Part shown: piece by piece, positions 39,046-48,612 of the stretch
Layout: each line of letters opens with the position of its first letter
Position numbering within the stretch: position 1 is the first letter of the stretch
NCBI GenBank assembly: GCA_965219575.1
Contig: OZ244779.1
Coordinates: 1,420,769 to 1,484,768 of the forward strand
Direction of reading: 5' to 3'
Length of the DNA stretch: 64,000 nucleotides
From: Candidatus Oxydemutatoraceae bacterium
Lineage (GTDB): Bacteria > Pseudomonadota > Gammaproteobacteria > Poriferisulfidales > Oxydemutatoraceae
Translations under genes and position numbers: made by a program
Notes under the pieces: model-generated
Databases searched by the model: none
Told to the model about the DNA's origin: nothing
The model's input: the letters and a program-made list of their open reading frames with translations, nothing else

Positions 39046-40118
39046 GGCCACGAATGTTCGGGTGATATGAGTAAGCCATCGCTTCTAGCCGTCCATTGCC
39101 AAAAAGCACCGGCTGCGTAAGAATCGCCCTCCAACGGGAGGAGGATAACATTGACTTCTGCGCGTTCCCTATACGATGCGACTATGTCGTTGAGTAACCT
39201 GACCCTGCATTTACCGCTAATTTTTTGGGCATTGCCGGTGATAGAAGCACATCCTCTGAAAAACGAAGCGACTGCTCTGATCCTTCCGGTATTTCCCTGC
39301 GTAGGCAAGCCGTCGGTTAGCAGATAGACGTTCGAGAAACCTGCGGCACTGCTACGCATCAACGCAACTGCGGCGTGTAGATTTGTGCCACCTTCGGGTA
39401 CGATTTGCTTAAAGTCCGACAATATCATTGCCGCAGCTTGAGGATCTGCGCCTTTTTTCCAAGCACTTCCGCCGACGACCGAGGCATTTTCGGCAAAGCG
39501 GATGATTTTATAATCACTACCTTCGGGTACTCTGGCAACCAGCCACTCTACGATCCGCAGAGTGCGTTGCCATTTGGGACTTTGTTGACGTTCTTGTGCG
39601 GATGCGACTTTATATCGAATGACATCTATTAGCCGCTCTTCGGTCATCGAGGCACTGCTGTCCACCAGTATGACGATCCTTCTTCCTTTTACCTCCAAGC
39701 CCAGCAGATAATCTTCCAATCCTTTGTTGACCACCGGCACCGGAGCAGGGGGAGCTTGTGTAGGTGTAGGTGTATCTGCTTGCGATTGCAGTTTTGCGAT
39801 TTGCGCTTTTAATGATTGTTGCGTCTCTTTTTGATTATTGATATTCGTCACCAAAGCGATTAGTTGTGCATTGAGTTGTGTCAATTCGGTTTGAGTATCG
39901 TCGGCTTGGGTTTGCAGTGTTTCTACGGTTTGTTTAGATTGTCGGTTCTGCTGTTCCAAAGTTGCAATATCGGCTTGTAAGGCGGACGATTGCCGGTCGG
40001 GTAATTCGGTTTGATATTTGACCAGCATCAGTATTAATATGACAGCCCCTAGACCGCACGACATGACGTCCAAGAAGGCGATATTGAATCCTTCGGTTTT
40101 TCTTTTCAGGTGCCGCAT
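39042..40118 (-). CDS. ExbD/TolR-like TM + coiled coil + vWA (MIDAS) protein
   Basis: FNIAFLDVMSCGLGAVILILML, LVDSSASM, GGTNL and LLTDGLP motifs. Confidence 0.85.
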   Translation of the reverse strand: MRHLKRKTEGFNIAFLDVMSCGLGAVILILMLVKYQTELPDRQSSALQADIATLEQQNRQSKQTVETLQTQADDTQTELTQLNAQLIALVTNINNQKETQQSLKAQIAKLQSQADTPTPTQAPPAPVPVVNKGLEDYLLGLEVKGRRIVILVDSSASMTEERLIDVIRYKVASAQERQQSPKWQRTLRIVEWLVARVPEGSDYKIIRFAENASVVGGSAWKKGADPQAAAMILSDFKQIVPEGGTNLHAAVALMRSSAAGFSNVYLLTDGLPTQGNTGRIRAVASFFRGCASITGNAQKISGKCRVRLLNDIVASYRERAEVNVILLPLEGDSYAAGAFWQWTARSDGLLISPEHSWP

Positions 40119-40128
40119 TGCACTAGTC

Positions 40129-40362
40129 TATCCCTCTTCTATGGAGGGGTGGCTAACATGTCTACCTAAAGTATTGCGTCTGTACAATTCCATTTATTGA
40201 GCCAATTAATGACCACCCGCCGTAGGGGCGGACTAGCATGTCCGCCCGTAACGCGTTGCGCCTGCACGATTTATACATTCATCCATCCAATTTATGGAAA
40301 CCATTATTTGTTGGCGCAGGGCGGTTGGTGTTGTGCGATGTCCGCACTCTTTCAACAGCCTC
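40129..40362. mobile_element. Family-B half fused to a left-truncated MITE A (A8)
   Basis: tccctcttctatggaggggtggc joined to a REP half. REP at 40222-40247; right TIR ctttcaacagcctc. Confidence 0.7.
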
Positions 40363-40389
40363 ATCGTATCTGCTCCAGTTCTGCACCAA

Positions 40390-41163
40390 CTATTCACTCT
40401 GCCCTATCGGATTCATGATGTGCTGTTCGCAATAAGCCCTGATATCGACGATCAAGCCGTCTTGTATTCTTTGTAGCTGGTGCAACAAAAGCATCAGAAA
40501 TATACTAATGACAAGCGCAACCAGAGTAGAATTGAATGCCACTCCCAAGCTATTTGTCATCCCGGCGATATTTCCCGCTAAGGCTTGGTCGGCTTGCGAT
40601 AGGGCTTGCCCAATACCGCGCACCGTACCGATGAAACCGATTGACGGAATTGCCCAAATCAAATAGCGTATCATCGAGTTTTCCGCCTCTATGCCGAGCA
40701 CCAGTGCGTCCATTTTCGCGTCTATCGCTTCGGCGGTGTAATGCACATCTTTGGTGATCAAAAAACGATCCAAACCGACGAGTAGTGTTTGCACCAAAGA
40801 AGTTTTGACGATGTCGGTCGGTAGTGTATTGAGCTGGTCGCGTGCCGCTTTGGCGATTTCAATTTTATTGCCGTTTTCTATCTTGGAGAAATCTACCAAA
40901 CTTTCGTCGAACAAGTAGCGGTCTTTACCGATTGCGATAATTTTTCCGACTATCAAATAGGTTCCCCATAGCATCAGAATGAGGCAGATTTCCTGTTCCA
41001 GATCTTTTAGGATTACGAAAAGGTTGCGAGGCACCGCTTGCCCTCGCTGTTCGGCAAATTGAATGGCAATATCGGCATTGGGAAGAATGAAACCGATATA
41101 AATCAAATGCACGAATAGCACCGATATTATCAAAGCAATAAGGCTTTTGATTAGCTTCGACAT
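40390..41163 (-). CDS. MotA/TolQ/ExbB proton channel family protein
   Basis: IWAIPSIGFIGTVRGIGQAL...LGVAFNSTLVAL signature. Confidence 0.9.
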   Translation of the reverse strand: MSKLIKSLIALIISVLFVHLIYIGFILPNADIAIQFAEQRGQAVPRNLFVILKDLEQEICLILMLWGTYLIVGKIIAIGKDRYLFDESLVDFSKIENGNKIEIAKAARDQLNTLPTDIVKTSLVQTLLVGLDRFLITKDVHYTAEAIDAKMDALVLGIEAENSMIRYLIWAIPSIGFIGTVRGIGQALSQADQALAGNIAGMTNSLGVAFNSTLVALVISIFLMLLLHQLQRIQDGLIVDIRAYCEQHIMNPIGQSE

Positions 41164-41171
41164 CGGTACGC

Positions 41172-41312
41172 TTATATATCTACGGGAAAGGTCGCCGGTG
41201 AATTGAGGCTCAGAGAGTAGCCGGCGATGCCGGCAATCGCGATGCCGGCAAGCAATAAGAGTATTGCTATTACGATGGCTACACGATACTTTGTCTTAAA
41301 GCTATATTTCAT
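41172..41312 (-). CDS. Small single-TM protein (46 aa), absent from the ORF track
   Basis: My translation: MKYSFKTKYRVAIVIAILLLLAGIAIAGIAGYSLSLNSPATFPVDI*. Ends 8 nt before the motA-like start. Confidence 0.6.
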   Translation of the reverse strand: MKYSFKTKYRVAIVIAILLLLAGIAIAGIAGYSLSLNSPATFPVDI

Positions 41313-41437
41313 AATTGCAGTATATCAAATATTTATGAATGTATGATTTTTCAATAACCCTATATTATAATATCCACATTTTGCCAAACCTATTAAAAGA
41401 ATTCTCGGATAGGAAACCGAATAAGAGAGGAATCATT

Positions 41438-42853
41438 ATGAAAAAGAAATATATTACAAAAAAAGAATACAAAGCGATCGAAATTCAAAGCCAAATCGGC
41501 ATCGACAAAATAGAACAAAAAGACTACGACGGTGCAATTATAGCCTTTGATAAAGTAATCGAGTTAGAACCGGATAATGTTTTTGCCTACAATATCAGAG
41601 GAATCGCTAAATTAGAATCGGGTGATTATGCAGGCGCAATTGCCGATTACGACCATACACTTAAGTTAGAACCGAATAATGCGTCCGCTCACGGTGCCAA
41701 AGGAATTGCTAAGATGAGATCGGGTGATTATGCAGGTGCGCTTGCCGATCTTGATTGCGTACTTGAGTTAGAACCGAATAATAAGAACGTTCGTGAAACT
41801 AGGGAAATTGTTAAAGCACTTTTGGATAACTCCGAGGAGGCGATTGCCGATTTTGACCGTGCGCTTGAGTTAGATTCGAATAATCAAGCGGCTTTTAGTG
41901 CCAGAGGAATTGCTAAAATAGCATCGGGCGACCTTGCAGGTGCTGTTAGCGATTTTGATCGCACACTTGAGTTAGAACCGAATAATAGTGCTATCTACAA
42001 TGCCAGAGGACTTGCTAAGCATGACTTAGGCGATTATGCCGGTGCGATCGCCGATTTTGACCGTGCGCTTGAGTTAGATCCGAATAATTCCATCGCCTAC
42101 AGTGTTAGAGGAGCTGCTAAAGCTAATTTGCAACATTACGAGGAAGCGATTGCCGATTACGATCGCGCGCTCGAGTTAGATCCGAATAATCTCACTGCCT
42201 ACAGTGAGAGAGGAAATGCTAAGATTTACTTAGGCGACTATGCAGGTACGATTGCCGATTACGATCGCGCGCTTGAATTAGGGCTGGATCATCCGGCTGC
42301 CTACAATAGCCTTGGAATTGCTAAGAGGGAATTAGGTGATTACGCGGGCGCGATTGCCGATTACGATCGCGCGATCGAGATGGATCCGGATAGAGCGGAT
42401 AGCTATTATAACCGGGGTAATGCTAAAGCCGATTTGGAAAACTATAAGGAGGCGATTGCCGATTACGACCGCGTGCTTGAGTTGGTGCCGAGTGATGTGG
42501 ATGCTTATTATCATCGAGGAATTGCTAAGGATAAATCAGGCGATTATGCAGGTGCGATTGCCGATTGCAACCGTGCACTTGAGTTGGCACCGGATAATGT
42601 GGATATTTATTTTTACCGAGGTGCCGTGAAGGATAAATTAGGCGATCATATAGGTGCGATTGCCGACTACGATCGCGTACTTGAGATTGACCCGGATGCT
42701 GCGCGTGCTTACAATAACCGAGGATATGCCAAGGCAAACTTAGGGGACAACGAGGGGGCGATGGACGACTACAACCGTGCAATCGAATTAGAGCCGAGTC
42801 ATCATTTCGCGATTGCAAATCGAGAATTACTTAAAGCAAAACTGGGTCGTTGA
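41438..42853 (+). CDS. Tetratricopeptide repeat protein (about 13 TPRs)
   Basis: 34-aa GDYAGAIADYDRALELDP repeats. GAGAGG RBS precedes the ATG at 41438. Confidence 0.92.
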   Translation: MKKKYITKKEYKAIEIQSQIGIDKIEQKDYDGAIIAFDKVIELEPDNVFAYNIRGIAKLESGDYAGAIADYDHTLKLEPNNASAHGAKGIAKMRSGDYAGALADLDCVLELEPNNKNVRETREIVKALLDNSEEAIADFDRALELDSNNQAAFSARGIAKIASGDLAGAVSDFDRTLELEPNNSAIYNARGLAKHDLGDYAGAIADFDRALELDPNNSIAYSVRGAAKANLQHYEEAIADYDRALELDPNNLTAYSERGNAKIYLGDYAGTIADYDRALELGLDHPAAYNSLGIAKRELGDYAGAIADYDRAIEMDPDRADSYYNRGNAKADLENYKEAIADYDRVLELVPSDVDAYYHRGIAKDKSGDYAGAIADCNRALELAPDNVDIYFYRGAVKDKLGDHIGAIADYDRVLEIDPDAARAYNNRGYAKANLGDNEGAMDDYNRAIELEPSHHFAIANRELLKAKLGR

Positions 42854-42896
42854 AAAAAACTTCTCAGGCAGTAAACCAAATAAGAGAGAAATCATT

Positions 42897-43604
42897 ATGA
42901 AAAGCAAAGATATGACAAAAAAAGAACACGAAGAACTCAAGACTCAAAGCAAAATTGCGCTTGCCAAGTTAAGCCAAAAAGACTACGAAGGCGCAATTAT
43001 AGCCTTTGACAGAGTAATCGAGTTAGACCCGAACAATCCTTATGCCTATGGTGTCAGAGCAATCGCGAAAAAAGAATTAAAAGATTATGCGGGTGTGATT
43101 ACCGATTGCAATCGAGCACTCGAGTTAGAACCTAACGATGCGAGTATCTACAATAATCGAGCAATTGCTAAGAGTGAATCAGAGGATTATGCAGGTGCGA
43201 TTGCCGATTATGACCGCGCACTTGAATTAGAACCTAGCAATGCAGATGTTTATAATAATCGAGGAAATGCTAAGACTGAATCGGGCGATTATGCCGGTGC
43301 GATTGCCGATTACGGCCGCGCACTTGAGATTTCACCGAATGATAATGATGCGGATGTCTATTATAATCGAGGAAATGCTAAAGCTGAATCAGGTGATTAT
43401 GCCGGTGCGATTGCCGATTTCAACCTTGGCCTTGAGATCAATCCGAACGATGTATATGGCTATTTCAGTCGAGGAAATGCCAAGAAAAACTTAGAGGATA
43501 ACGAGGGGGCGATTGCCGATTATGATCGCGCACTTGAATTAGACCCGAATAATGCCATTGTGCGTAACAAACGAAGTTTAGTCAAAGAACAATTAGGTCA
43601 TTAA
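42897..43604 (+). CDS. Tetratricopeptide repeat protein (tandem paralog)
   Basis: Same repeats. Its upstream/RBS region is a duplicate of that of the 41438 gene. Confidence 0.9.
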   Translation: MKSKDMTKKEHEELKTQSKIALAKLSQKDYEGAIIAFDRVIELDPNNPYAYGVRAIAKKELKDYAGVITDCNRALELEPNDASIYNNRAIAKSESEDYAGAIADYDRALELEPSNADVYNNRGNAKTESGDYAGAIADYGRALEISPNDNDADVYYNRGNAKAESGDYAGAIADFNLGLEINPNDVYGYFSRGNAKKNLEDNEGAIADYDRALELDPNNAIVRNKRSLVKEQLGH

Positions 43605-43605
43605 G

Positions 43606-43805
43606 ATAAAACCACCAATTGAGCCGGTAGGTCAATCGGCTTAACTTGTGCAGAACCTTGAGGCTGTTGAAAAAGTATTTCATACAATGTAGGGGCGGAC
43701 TGGCATGTCCGCCCATAACGCGTTATGCCTGCACGATTTATACATTCATTCACCCAATTTATGGAAACCAAAACCGAATGGCGCAAGCGGTTACGGTTAT
43801 GCGGT
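43606..43805. mobile_element. Partial family-C element (43606-43659) followed by a right-truncated MITE A (A9, from 43660)
   Basis: ccaattgagccggtaggtcaatcggc...gtgcagaacctt | gaggctgttgaaaaagtattt. Confidence 0.7.
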
Positions 43806-45809
43806 TCAATAGATATAGCGAGCGATGCGAAAGCCTATGCTATCGGATTTGCCGACCGCTCGCCGGCGATAGGCGGAGCGTAGTTCCGACAAAGTGCCGG
43901 AACGCCAGCTGGAACCCTTGACGACATGACCGCTTTGGCTGGTATTGTTTGTCGGACCCAGGGGGTTGCGCAGCGGTTCCGAGGGCATCTCTACTGAATA
44001 GACATCGTGAACCCATTCACTGAGGTTGCCGACTAGGTCGTATAGACCGGCACGATCGCGATTGAAAGAACCGACAGGTGCCAGTTTCGGATAGCCGTCG
44101 TTATAATTCGGAATATACGATGTAACATTATTTTTAGCACTTTCATCGGCGAGGTTGCCGACATTTTTAGGAAGTGTTGTTTTATTACCCCAGATAAACA
44201 GAGTTGAGGCACTGCGGTTCGCGTAGCGTGCGAGCCATTCCCACTCCGCCTCACTAGGCAAACGATAGCCGATACCATTCGGATTATAGCCTCTAACGAT
44301 ATTGTTATCGGTGATATAAAACGGAGGTAGACCCTCTTGTGCGCTCAAGTCGTTGCAAAAAAGTGCCGCCTCGCCCCAAGAGATATTATTCACCGCAAGT
44401 TCCGACGGTGAAATTTGCCGATTGAAAGTATGGTATTGTTTAGCGGATATTTCGCTACGGCTGATATAAAAAGGTTTATCAAGGCTTACGCTACGCAAAA
44501 CCTCGTTGGCACGCTGACCTTTCTCGCTACGGTGTGCGCCCAATTCAAAGGTGCTCGCTTTATCGGGCCTGAACAAGATCAGTTCCAGCCCTATAGAATT
44601 TTTGGCAACGGTAGGGCTTTCGGCTAAGGTCGCTTGTCGGTCGGTGCGCAATGTTTCGTTAATTCGGATCGGGTTGCGGCTACTCGGGCGAATGACTTTT
44701 TGAATTGTGCGATACCCGGGTCTGGAGAGACGCACCGTATGAGGTAATGCTCTTAGCATAAGAGTTTGAGGTGTTTTCCCTATTGCTTCGTTGTCTATTA
44801 TGATGTCTGATTGCGGGTTTGCATCGATAATCACTTCACCGAATTCCGCTTGTAGTGATATGGAAATATCCTGTTGTTGCGCCGGCCTAAAGGTGCGCTT
44901 AATCGTTTTTGCCGAGTAGCCGGGTTTGGTGTAGTCGATGACGGTTTCACGCATCGCTTCGAGATCCAGCGGCATCGTGTTTGTAGGTGTTAGTTTGCCG
45001 TTGATCAGCAACTGCCCACCGGGTGGTTCGAGTGTGAGTGTGAGCAGGGCTTTTTTATAAATCAGTCTATAGTTTCTATCGGCAACCGGCTGTGCATAAG
45101 TAATCTCAATGGTATCGTCGATGCTTTCAAAGTCGGGGGTTTCTATGCGCAGGCGATAGCTACCGCCGGGTCGGTTTAACGAGAGCGGGGTTTGTCCTGC
45201 AGATATATCGTTCAACAAAATCGATACACCTTCGGGTTCGGAGGTTATATCGAGTGAACCTTGCACAGGTTCTAAAACAAATTCCAGTGTTTGTTCGTCG
45301 CCGCGCATCAAATCAACCGAGACTTGTTGTGGTTGATAGTAGGGATGCACGACTTCCACGGTATGCGTGCCGGGTTCTATGGGCACCTGTAGTTCGGGTC
45401 CCGATGCAATATATTCCGAGTCAATTCGCCATTGTATATCGGGATCGGCAGGGGTTGCGGTCGCTTTGATCAAAGCCGGTGCTTCTTTGAGTTCAATAAT
45501 AATACGCCGAGCCAGTGTGCTACGCTCCAGGCGGATCGTTTCGGCAATAAAACCCGATGCCGAAACTTTCAAGTCTGCCTCGGGTGATAGCAAATAGACT
45601 TTATCTTGTTGAACCCAACCCAACCCGTCCAATACACGCTCGGCATTGATCGCCGCCACTTCGGGCATTACTTCGACGACAACCGCTTTGACCCAAAAGA
45701 TAAATACGAAAAGGGCGACGATTGCGATGATTGCCACGCTGCCGGTTGCAATAATCTTTTGCCAAAAAGATCTTCTTTGTCTGCGGAAATGCGCCTCAGA
45801 TAGTTTCAT
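43806..45809 (-). CDS. Membrane-anchored PEGA-repeat + FGE-sulfatase (SUMF1-like) domain protein
   Basis: N-terminal TM and PEGA-like ITSEPEGVSILLN..GQTPL. C-terminal RLPSEAEWEWLAR, GLYDLVGNLSEWV and IGFRIAR. Confidence 0.88.
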   Translation of the reverse strand: MKLSEAHFRRQRRSFWQKIIATGSVAIIAIVALFVFIFWVKAVVVEVMPEVAAINAERVLDGLGWVQQDKVYLLSPEADLKVSASGFIAETIRLERSTLARRIIIELKEAPALIKATATPADPDIQWRIDSEYIASGPELQVPIEPGTHTVEVVHPYYQPQQVSVDLMRGDEQTLEFVLEPVQGSLDITSEPEGVSILLNDISAGQTPLSLNRPGGSYRLRIETPDFESIDDTIEITYAQPVADRNYRLIYKKALLTLTLEPPGGQLLINGKLTPTNTMPLDLEAMRETVIDYTKPGYSAKTIKRTFRPAQQQDISISLQAEFGEVIIDANPQSDIIIDNEAIGKTPQTLMLRALPHTVRLSRPGYRTIQKVIRPSSRNPIRINETLRTDRQATLAESPTVAKNSIGLELILFRPDKASTFELGAHRSEKGQRANEVLRSVSLDKPFYISRSEISAKQYHTFNRQISPSELAVNNISWGEAALFCNDLSAQEGLPPFYITDNNIVRGYNPNGIGYRLPSEAEWEWLARYANRSASTLFIWGNKTTLPKNVGNLADESAKNNVTSYIPNYNDGYPKLAPVGSFNRDRAGLYDLVGNLSEWVHDVYSVEMPSEPLRNPLGPTNNTSQSGHVVKGSSWRSGTLSELRSAYRRRAVGKSDSIGFRIARYIY

Positions 45810-47295
45810 TGCAGATAACTTTGACGGTTGCCGGCTGATTCGGTTTTATCTCTATTTCAACGAGTTTGTCTTGATAACCTCTGCGCTCTCCTTTGAATCG
45901 GTAGCGTCCCGGTTTTAGGCCTTCTTTTAACCTATATTCGCGTACTTTGCCGATGACACCGATTCCGAGTACCGACACATAGGTTTTTTCATCGGAATAA
46001 ACCGTAACCGCAACCGGTTTAGACATTTCTACTATCGCATCGTTTAGCCGCATAATAAGCTGTTGCAGTTGTGCGCTGTATTCGGCGGATAGAGTACTGT
46101 CTTCGGCTATCTGTTTCATCGCTGTTGCAATTTGCTCGTCGGCCAAGCGTTCGGGTTTTGCCAGTGCTTGTTTGATTATCCCGGTGTACCGATTAATCTG
46201 CACGGCGCGTTGTAAGTTGTCTTCGGTATCTTTATTATTCGGATATATTCCGAGTGCTTGTCGGTAATAGTTTTCGGCAGATTGCCAATCGTCTCTATCT
46301 GCCGATGTATTCGCTTTTGCAATTAGGCTTCGGTAGGATAGTTCGGTTTGTATCTGTTTAAGTTTAGCGGTGAGCAAGCCTAAGGACGGGTGATTGGCAT
46401 CTATTTGCTTGATTTGCATAAGCGATGCTTGGGCTGTTTTGACATTTTTATTGTCCAGTGCTTGCGATGTTTGTTGTAGCAAGGAGTCGAGTTTTTGTTG
46501 GCGTTGTTTTGCTATCAGTATTTCGCGTCTTTCTATCAGGGCACCACGATCGGGGTCCAATTCGATCGCTTGTTCGAGTAAATTAATCTCTTCGTTTATA
46601 TTGTTTTCAATACGCGCAATATCGGCTTGCTCGATGAGTGCGGAAACCGCTTCCATTGCGCCGATACGTTCTTTTAATAGTAATGCTTCCGCGGCCTCGG
46701 GGAAATAGCGTAGTGCATCATCGATTGCCGCTTGCGCTTGCGCCGGTTGATTTGCTTCGAATGCCTGCTCGGCATTACTAAAAGCCGATTGAAAATTCCG
46801 ACTTTGAAGTGATCGTAATTCGCTTACCTTTCCAAATAGATCATCCAGACGGTTTAAGGCTTGACCGTATCGTGTTTCGGCAAATGCCCTGATTGCCTCT
46901 TGTTCTTTTGCTTGTAATTCCGGTATGCTCTCGGGGGACCATGCAGAAAGATTGAGTGTGCCGATTTCAGGTTTGATTTCATTCTCATAGCGGTTCATTT
47001 GTACGATATATTTTTGTCGTAGTGCCTCGCTTTGTTCTTCGTTCGGCGACTCACCGATAGTATCATCGGTAATTTTCTCCTCTTCTTCGGGTATGTAGAT
47101 CGGTTCGATGTCCGGCGACTCACCGATAGTGTCATCGGTAATTTTCTCTTCTTCTTCGGGTGTATAGATCGGTTCGATACGCCCGTACACCAAAACTAAA
47201 ATGGCAATGACAAGTAATATCGCACCGCCGATAAGGTTGACGATTAAGGAATATCTTTGGGTTCTTTTTCCGCTTTTGAGTTGATGATTATCCAA
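45796..47295 (-). CDS. Membrane-anchored alpha-helical/TPR-like protein with C-terminal PEGA-like beta domain
   Basis: N-terminal TM, helical repeats, LKPGRYRFKGERRGYQD. Overlaps the downstream gene by 14 nt. Confidence 0.72.
   Translation of the reverse strand: MDNHQLKSGKRTQRYSLIVNLIGGAILLVIAILVLVYGRIEPIYTPEEEEKITDDTIGESPDIEPIYIPEEEEKITDDTIGESPNEEQSEALRQKYIVQMNRYENEIKPEIGTLNLSAWSPESIPELQAKEQEAIRAFAETRYGQALNRLDDLFGKVSELRSLQSRNFQSAFSNAEQAFEANQPAQAQAAIDDALRYFPEAAEALLLKERIGAMEAVSALIEQADIARIENNINEEINLLEQAIELDPDRGALIERREILIAKQRQQKLDSLLQQTSQALDNKNVKTAQASLMQIKQIDANHPSLGLLTAKLKQIQTELSYRSLIAKANTSADRDDWQSAENYYRQALGIYPNNKDTEDNLQRAVQINRYTGIIKQALAKPERLADEQIATAMKQIAEDSTLSAEYSAQLQQLIMRLNDAIVEMSKPVAVTVYSDEKTYVSVLGIGVIGKVREYRLKEGLKPGRYRFKGERRGYQDKLVEIEIKPNQPATVKVICNETI
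47044..47178 (-). repeat. 69-bp (23-aa) in-frame tandem duplication
   Basis: IEPIY(T/I)PEEEEKITDDTIGESP occurs twice. Confidence 0.9.
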
Positions 47296-47326
47296 AGGCT
47301 CAAAATCGTTCTACGAGTCGGTATCC

Positions 47327-48592
47327 TCAGAGTTGTATGTCGGGAGTTTGTTCCTCGGCGTATATTCGCCTCAATGCGGCGCGCCACTGATTGAATTGCG
47401 CAGTTGCATCCCCGGTGAGTTCTATGGTTTTCTCTTCGAATTCGATGACTTGAGGAGCGACTTCTACATCTATCGATTTTCCCAACTCCGTCAAGGTTTC
47501 ATAATGAAATTTCGATTCTTTAAAGTTTTGTGCGCTACTCGACAGCAACACGGCACCGGTGGTGAGTGCGCCGACCGTGGCAACCGTTCCGGCAGTGTTA
47601 TTATTGTTGGATGCGGCAACTGCGCCTAAACCGATGGCAAGGATGCCCGCCAAAGCCTGCCATGTTGCCTTGCTTTTAGCCTCACGGTTCGCTTTCGACG
47701 CCGAAAAAGCGGCCTCTTGCCAGGTTTTATAAGACGCTTCTACCTTTTGGTTGAAATCGTAATAGTATTGCTGCATCTTATCGATAAAGAGTTGGTCTTC
47801 CACTCTATATTGATAAATACGCTTAAACATCGGGTCGTTGTCGGCAGGTGCTTGCACCAGTTCTACGCGGCTACCTCTGAATTTTAGAAATTGCTCGAAA
47901 CTCTCGTCGGACATTGAATAGGCAAAGCGCACTTCGGTTAGCCGATTGAGTTCTTCTAAATAGCTTCGGTCTTTGGTGCGCAGCTGTTTGACTATATCGG
48001 CTGCCGCTTGTTCGAATACCGGATCGTAAGGATTTTTACCCTGATTACGCACACTGGTGTAAAAATACTCGTCCACTCGATGTTTGTAGTTTTTGTTGAG
48101 CCAGCTTCTGCCGTCTATACCGATGACCTTGATGTTGATTGCAATATCCTCACCGCTTGATTTGTTGATTGTGCCGATTACATATAGGTCTCCGCTAACC
48201 TTTTGATCGGGCGTAACCCGAACCGCCCCGAGTTGTTCGGTATCCTCCAGAGCCTTTTTCATCTTCAGAGCAAAGTCTATAGCTTCTATTCGACGTAGTT
48301 CCGGCCAAATCCCTTTTTTCTCCCAAGTATCGGAATCTTCCGGTATATTCGGATTAAAAACCGGGACGATGACTTCCAGTTCTCTTTGTATTTCACGCAC
48401 CAATAGCGATTGTTTTTCCGATGCGGTCATTATTTCCGTGGAGCTTTCGGGTCCCACTATATTTGCAGAGTTTCCCGATAGTGATGACCCCGTAGTCGCA
48501 TAACATCCACTTAGTATGAGTGTTGCACTCAGTAATAGATAAAATACCACCGGCGAGGTGGTATGGCTATTTTTGTTGTTGCGATAACACAT
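47327..48592 (-). CDS. Putative lipoprotein with glycine-zipper-like segment
   Basis: Lipobox LILSGC and hydrophobic ALAGILAIGLGAVAA...VATVGALTTGAVLL segment. Confidence 0.72.
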   Translation of the reverse strand: MCYRNNKNSHTTSPVVFYLLLSATLILSGCYATTGSSLSGNSANIVGPESSTEIMTASEKQSLLVREIQRELEVIVPVFNPNIPEDSDTWEKKGIWPELRRIEAIDFALKMKKALEDTEQLGAVRVTPDQKVSGDLYVIGTINKSSGEDIAINIKVIGIDGRSWLNKNYKHRVDEYFYTSVRNQGKNPYDPVFEQAAADIVKQLRTKDRSYLEELNRLTEVRFAYSMSDESFEQFLKFRGSRVELVQAPADNDPMFKRIYQYRVEDQLFIDKMQQYYYDFNQKVEASYKTWQEAAFSASKANREAKSKATWQALAGILAIGLGAVAASNNNNTAGTVATVGALTTGAVLLSSSAQNFKESKFHYETLTELGKSIDVEVAPQVIEFEEKTIELTGDATAQFNQWRAALRRIYAEEQTPDIQL

Positions 48593-48612
48593 TTTGGGTC
48601 TCCTATTTAAGT

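Noticed and set aside
43806-44600. DGR target (FGE/CLec fold) or active formylglycine-generating enzyme
   Set aside because: No reverse transcriptase or template repeat was seen in the window, and the catalytic cysteines are absent.
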